The notes beneath the pieces were generated by a model. The model saw only the letters and a program-made list of their open reading frames with translations, did no database searches and was not told the DNA's origin. A stretch of DNA of 28,644 nucleotides from an uncultured Clostridium sp. Its GTDB lineage: Bacteria > Bacillota > Clostridia > TANB77 > CAG-508. Every line of letters begins with the position of its first letter. Within the stretch, counting starts at the first letter, position 1. Of the stretch, positions 25,770 through 28,644 are shown in pieces. Both the position numbers and the translations under genes were made by a program. The stretch is taken from assembly GCA_946008205.1 (NCBI GenBank), contig CAMGAZ010000001.1, positions 1 through 28,644 on the forward strand, given 5' to 3'.

Positions 25770-26210
25770 ATAATAAAGAAGGTATGTAAAATTATAGCTG
25801 GCATTTTTATTATTCTTATAGTTATTGGTATATTAGGCTTATGTTTGTTTAAAGACGATTCATCTACAAATACTACCTCTATTTCTATTGCAGAAGAAGA
25901 ATCTGTAGTTCCACAGGAGTATACTAATGCTTTAGAGAAAGCTGAAATCTATTCAGATTTTATGCATATGTCTAAAAGTAAGATATATGAACAACTTACT
26001 TCTGAGTATGGTGAAAATTTTCCATCTGATGCTGCACAATATGCTATAGATAATTTAAAAGCTGATTATAATGCTAATGCTCTTGCAAAAGCGAAAGATT
26101 ATTATGAACAGATGCATATGTCAAAACAGGGTATTTATGACCAGCTTGTTTCTGAATATGGCGAAGCTTTTACGACTGAAGAAGCTCAGTATGCAGTAGA
26201 TAATTTATAA
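25770..26210 (+). CDS. ltp: Ltp-family surface protein (superinfection-exclusion type), two Ltp repeats
   Basis: Repeats ALxKAxxY...MHMSKxxIYxQLxSEYGExF..xAQYAxDNL. The open frame extends upstream of 25845 through a TM segment to an RBS-positioned ATA at 25770. Confidence 0.85.
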   Translation: MIKKVCKIIAGIFIILIVIGILGLCLFKDDSSTNTTSISIAEEESVVPQEYTNALEKAEIYSDFMHMSKSKIYEQLTSEYGENFPSDAAQYAIDNLKADYNANALAKAKDYYEQMHMSKQGIYDQLVSEYGEAFTTEEAQYAVDNL

Positions 26211-26448
26211 TTGTAAATTCTGCTGTCTTGGGCGCGTTACTATAATCTACTGAATAGATTTTTTATATTATATGAAATATATTCGTTGCAAAGGATATGT
26301 TTTAGTGCTTTAATTTAATTATACTACTCAATTACATTTAAACTTTTTTTCCGAGGAGAGAATATCTTAGCGCAAAGATATTCTCTTTTTTTAAATGTAA
26401 TTGATAACACTTAAAACTTTTTAAATTAAAGTAAAGGAGAAATAGTTA

Positions 26449-27504
26449 ATGTCGTATAAAAACAAGTATAAATTAAATAAAGAACATGACAAAAATATTC
26501 AAGCGAGAACCTTTAATATGGAAAAAGATTCTCCATTTTTACATTATCAAACAGATGATTTACTCTTTGGAGAATTAAATGCAATTTGTTCTTATAGCGA
26601 TGAAATAGATATAGGAATACCCTGTCATCTATATGTTCTAAAATCAGATTTTAGAGAATTTAGACAAATGTTTTCTAAAAAAATAGGAGTAGATGAAAAA
26701 ACTGTTAGCAACCATTTAAAACATTTAATAGAGAAAAAAATGGTTATAGAATTTTCAACTATATATAATGGGCAAAGAAAAAAATGTCTTGGAATTCCTG
26801 ATGTTCCAGAAGATATAACTTCTATTACCATACCTCTTGCAAAAATAAAAAATTTTCCTTTACAGGAAAAGCACAGCTTTCGTATTTATTTATATTTACT
26901 AAATAAATATAGAAATAATGAAATAAATTTTACTTATAAGGAAATAGCCTCTGCAATGGGATATGAAGCTACCGATAAAGGTACAACTATAGATAAAATT
27001 TCTATAGTATTACAAAAATTACAACAAGAAAAAATTATGGAGTGGACAGAATTTTATCGTGTGTATAATAATCATCCTATTCCTTATAAAAAAATTCTTT
27101 CAGCAGACCTTTCTAAAATAAAAACAAAAAACTTCAAAAAAGAATCAGTTAAAAAATTTAATAATCAAGATAATAAAGAAGAAGAAAATAAAAAAACTAC
27201 ACCAAAACTTATAAAAGGTTTTTATCTTTATAAATACGAAAATCTTGATAAAGAAATTGTCTATATCGGACAAACAATTTCTTTATCACAAAGAATTCGA
27301 CAACACACTCAAGACAAATTACAAAATTTTTCTGGTATAATTTATTATGTAGAATGTGGGTCTAAAGAAGAGATGGACTTTTTGGAAAAGGTCTTAATAA
27401 ATTATTATAAACCAAAATTTAACATAATCCACAAGGAGAGGAAAGATTTGATGGTAAATCTGATAAATCTAGATTTAAATTGGCAATTCTATAAGGAAGT
27501 GTAA
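26449..27504 (+). CDS. wHTH + C-terminal GIY-YIG endonuclease
   Basis: C-terminal about 90 aa nearly identical to 22650..23549; two HTH-like segments (FSKKIGVDEKTVSNHLKHL, FTYKEIASAMGY). Confidence 0.85.
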   Translation: MSYKNKYKLNKEHDKNIQARTFNMEKDSPFLHYQTDDLLFGELNAICSYSDEIDIGIPCHLYVLKSDFREFRQMFSKKIGVDEKTVSNHLKHLIEKKMVIEFSTIYNGQRKKCLGIPDVPEDITSITIPLAKIKNFPLQEKHSFRIYLYLLNKYRNNEINFTYKEIASAMGYEATDKGTTIDKISIVLQKLQQEKIMEWTEFYRVYNNHPIPYKKILSADLSKIKTKNFKKESVKKFNNQDNKEEENKKTTPKLIKGFYLYKYENLDKEIVYIGQTISLSQRIRQHTQDKLQNFSGIIYYVECGSKEEMDFLEKVLINYYKPKFNIIHKERKDLMVNLINLDLNWQFYKEV

Positions 27505-27522
27505 TTACACTTCCTTTTTTTT
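27494..27522 (+). terminator. Intrinsic terminator
   Basis: AAGGAAGTGTAATTACACTTCCTT palindrome plus a T-run. Confidence 0.75.
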
Positions 27523-27852
27523 TATACCTTTTTATAATAAAAATTAAACAATATATTTTACTTTTATTAAAAATTTTGGTCTATTCAGTACTATACAGCA
27601 AATTCCATATCACGAATACTCAAAATCTTTTTGCAAGAATCCAAAGGAATAGTATAGCTGCTACGCAGTAAAAATAGGTCCGCGCCTTGCAAGGCGCCCC
27701 AGCTACAGACGAATCCGACCGCGCCCATTATTTTGCTGCAAGCGCGCGGCACATTTTTAAAAATTTTTAAAATTTATGATAAAATATAAATGTAAACAAA
27801 AGAAAAAGTCAAATGACTAAAAAATAAAGAGCGTCTGAGGAGGAAGTTTAAT

Positions 27853-28221
27853 ATGAGTTGGAAAACTAAATACTGCGAAGCTCTTGCGCTTGTGCCTTAT
27901 GCAATAGATAAAGACGTAAATGAAGTAAACCTTTGTGAAGAAACACTTTGTAAGGATTGTGTATTCCAAAATTTTGCTCATTGTGATGCAGTTAATCGCG
28001 CGAACTATTATGAAGAACATTTTGATGAAATATTTTCAAAGAAAATAAATAGAACGCGCCCAGCGGTTGGGGTTACTGAAGATAGCCACATAGGCGGTTG
28101 TAGTGATATGGATTGCTATGAATGTATCTTTAGGTTTTCAGGCGAATGTAGTATTATGGCTGAAGAATTTATATGGGAGAAAATAAATGAAGAAAATAGA
28201 GAATCCACAGATATTGAATAG
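27853..28221 (+). CDS. Cys-rich protein with two CxxxxCxxCxF repeats
   Basis: CEETLCKDCVF and CSDMDCYECIF; GAGGAGG RBS. Confidence 0.8.
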   Translation: MSWKTKYCEALALVPYAIDKDVNEVNLCEETLCKDCVFQNFAHCDAVNRANYYEEHFDEIFSKKINRTRPAVGVTEDSHIGGCSDMDCYECIFRFSGECSIMAEEFIWEKINEENRESTDIE

Positions 28222-28382
28222 AATTTTTAAACTACTACAGAAAGAATTAGGTGTAGATGCAAAGACTAATCAGCCTTTTCTCTGGTGTCGATAAAGAGAT
28301 AGAGTGCGATGATTGCGCGTTTGAAGATTCTTATTTCTGTTGTACGCCTACGTTAATAGTTTGGTTAGAGGAGGAGATATAA
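28187..28382 (+). pseudogene. Cys-rich small gene broken by a 1-nt insertion
   Basis: ATG 28187 (GGGAG RBS) gives MKKIENPQ...NQPFLWCR* (stop 28292-94). Removing one G at 28284-85 gives ...PFLCVDKEIECDDCAF...WLEEEI*, whose TAA overlaps the next ATG. Confidence 0.7.
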
Positions 28383-28644
28383 TGACAAGATTTGAGAGAG
28401 ACAAAGATATAATACTTGATATATTAGCAGAAAATACTGGTGTAGGTATTGGAGATAATAGAATATATTATTGTAATGAAATTAATTGTGAAGATTGTTT
28501 AATGGAACCTATTTGTCGTGAACCTCATAGTGTCTTAGCAATGCATAAATGGATAGAAGAGAATTTTGAGAAGTGGAATGAAGATATTGTAGATTATATC
28601 TATGATACAATAGCAGTAGACGCACGGGACAAAGACTATACCGA
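28382..28644 (+). CDS. Cys-motif hypothetical protein, runs off the window
   Basis: MTRFERDKDIILDILAEN...YYCNEINCEDCLM...; GAGGAG RBS; no stop before the window end. Confidence 0.75.
   Translation, partial: MTRFERDKDIILDILAENTGVGIGDNRIYYCNEINCEDCLMEPICREPHSVLAMHKWIEENFEKWNEDIVDYIYDTIAVDARDKDYT

Noticed and set aside
25830-25847. Lipoprotein lipobox in the Ltp-family protein
   Set aside because: LGLC has Leu at -1 rather than Gly/Ala/Ser; a plain TM anchor is more likely.
27640-27760. Possible tRNA in the GC-rich intergenic stretch
   Set aside because: Only isolated small hairpins (GCGCCTTGCAAGGCGC, GCTGCTACGCAG); no cloverleaf, TTC loop or CCA.
12-28020. Antisense or overlapping shadow ORFs (e.g. 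12..245, 3811..4038, 5902..6279, 8373..8615, 10722..10994, 13707..13940, 14150..14503, 16378..16845, 21149..22276, 24963..25373)
   Set aside because: They lie opposite or across better-supported genes with RBS and recognisable motifs.

Overview
AT-rich segment of a large Bacillota (Firmicutes, probably Clostridia) phage genome; the terminase and its neighbour resemble those of SPbeta/c-st-like large phages (recalled similarity, not searched). Left end (minus strand): a terminase large subunit gene apparently interrupted by a group I intron, preceded by two conserved Cys/Zn-motif genes. From about 4.9 to 17.4 kb lies an early, host-takeover-like region of small rightward genes behind about a dozen near-consensus sigmaA promoters. 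It includes a HAD nucleotidase, a DEDDh exonuclease, a duplicated gene pair, a T5orf172/GIY-YIG-like protein and AbrB. This region is punctuated by four related non-coding modules (about 6.35-7.4, 9.7-10.55, 13.05-13.5 and 17.35-17.95 kb). They carry amplified palindromic operator-like sites (LexA/SOS boxes, CTTTA-N6-TAAAG, TGCTCC-N4-GGAGCA, TTGTATACAA), a GC-rich hairpin and, in three modules, a conserved 15-mer. This is the most unusual system in the window. To the right are two paralogous leftward genes surrounded by a REP-like GNA-triloop hairpin family, a TerD-like protein, two wHTH+GIY-YIG proteins with a shared nuclease domain but different N-termini, an Ltp-family protein and Cys-rich small genes. 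CGCG is strongly enriched in core genes but not in the 4.9-13 kb genes or the GIY-YIG genes. No tRNA, rRNA or CRISPR array was found. All counts are by hand.
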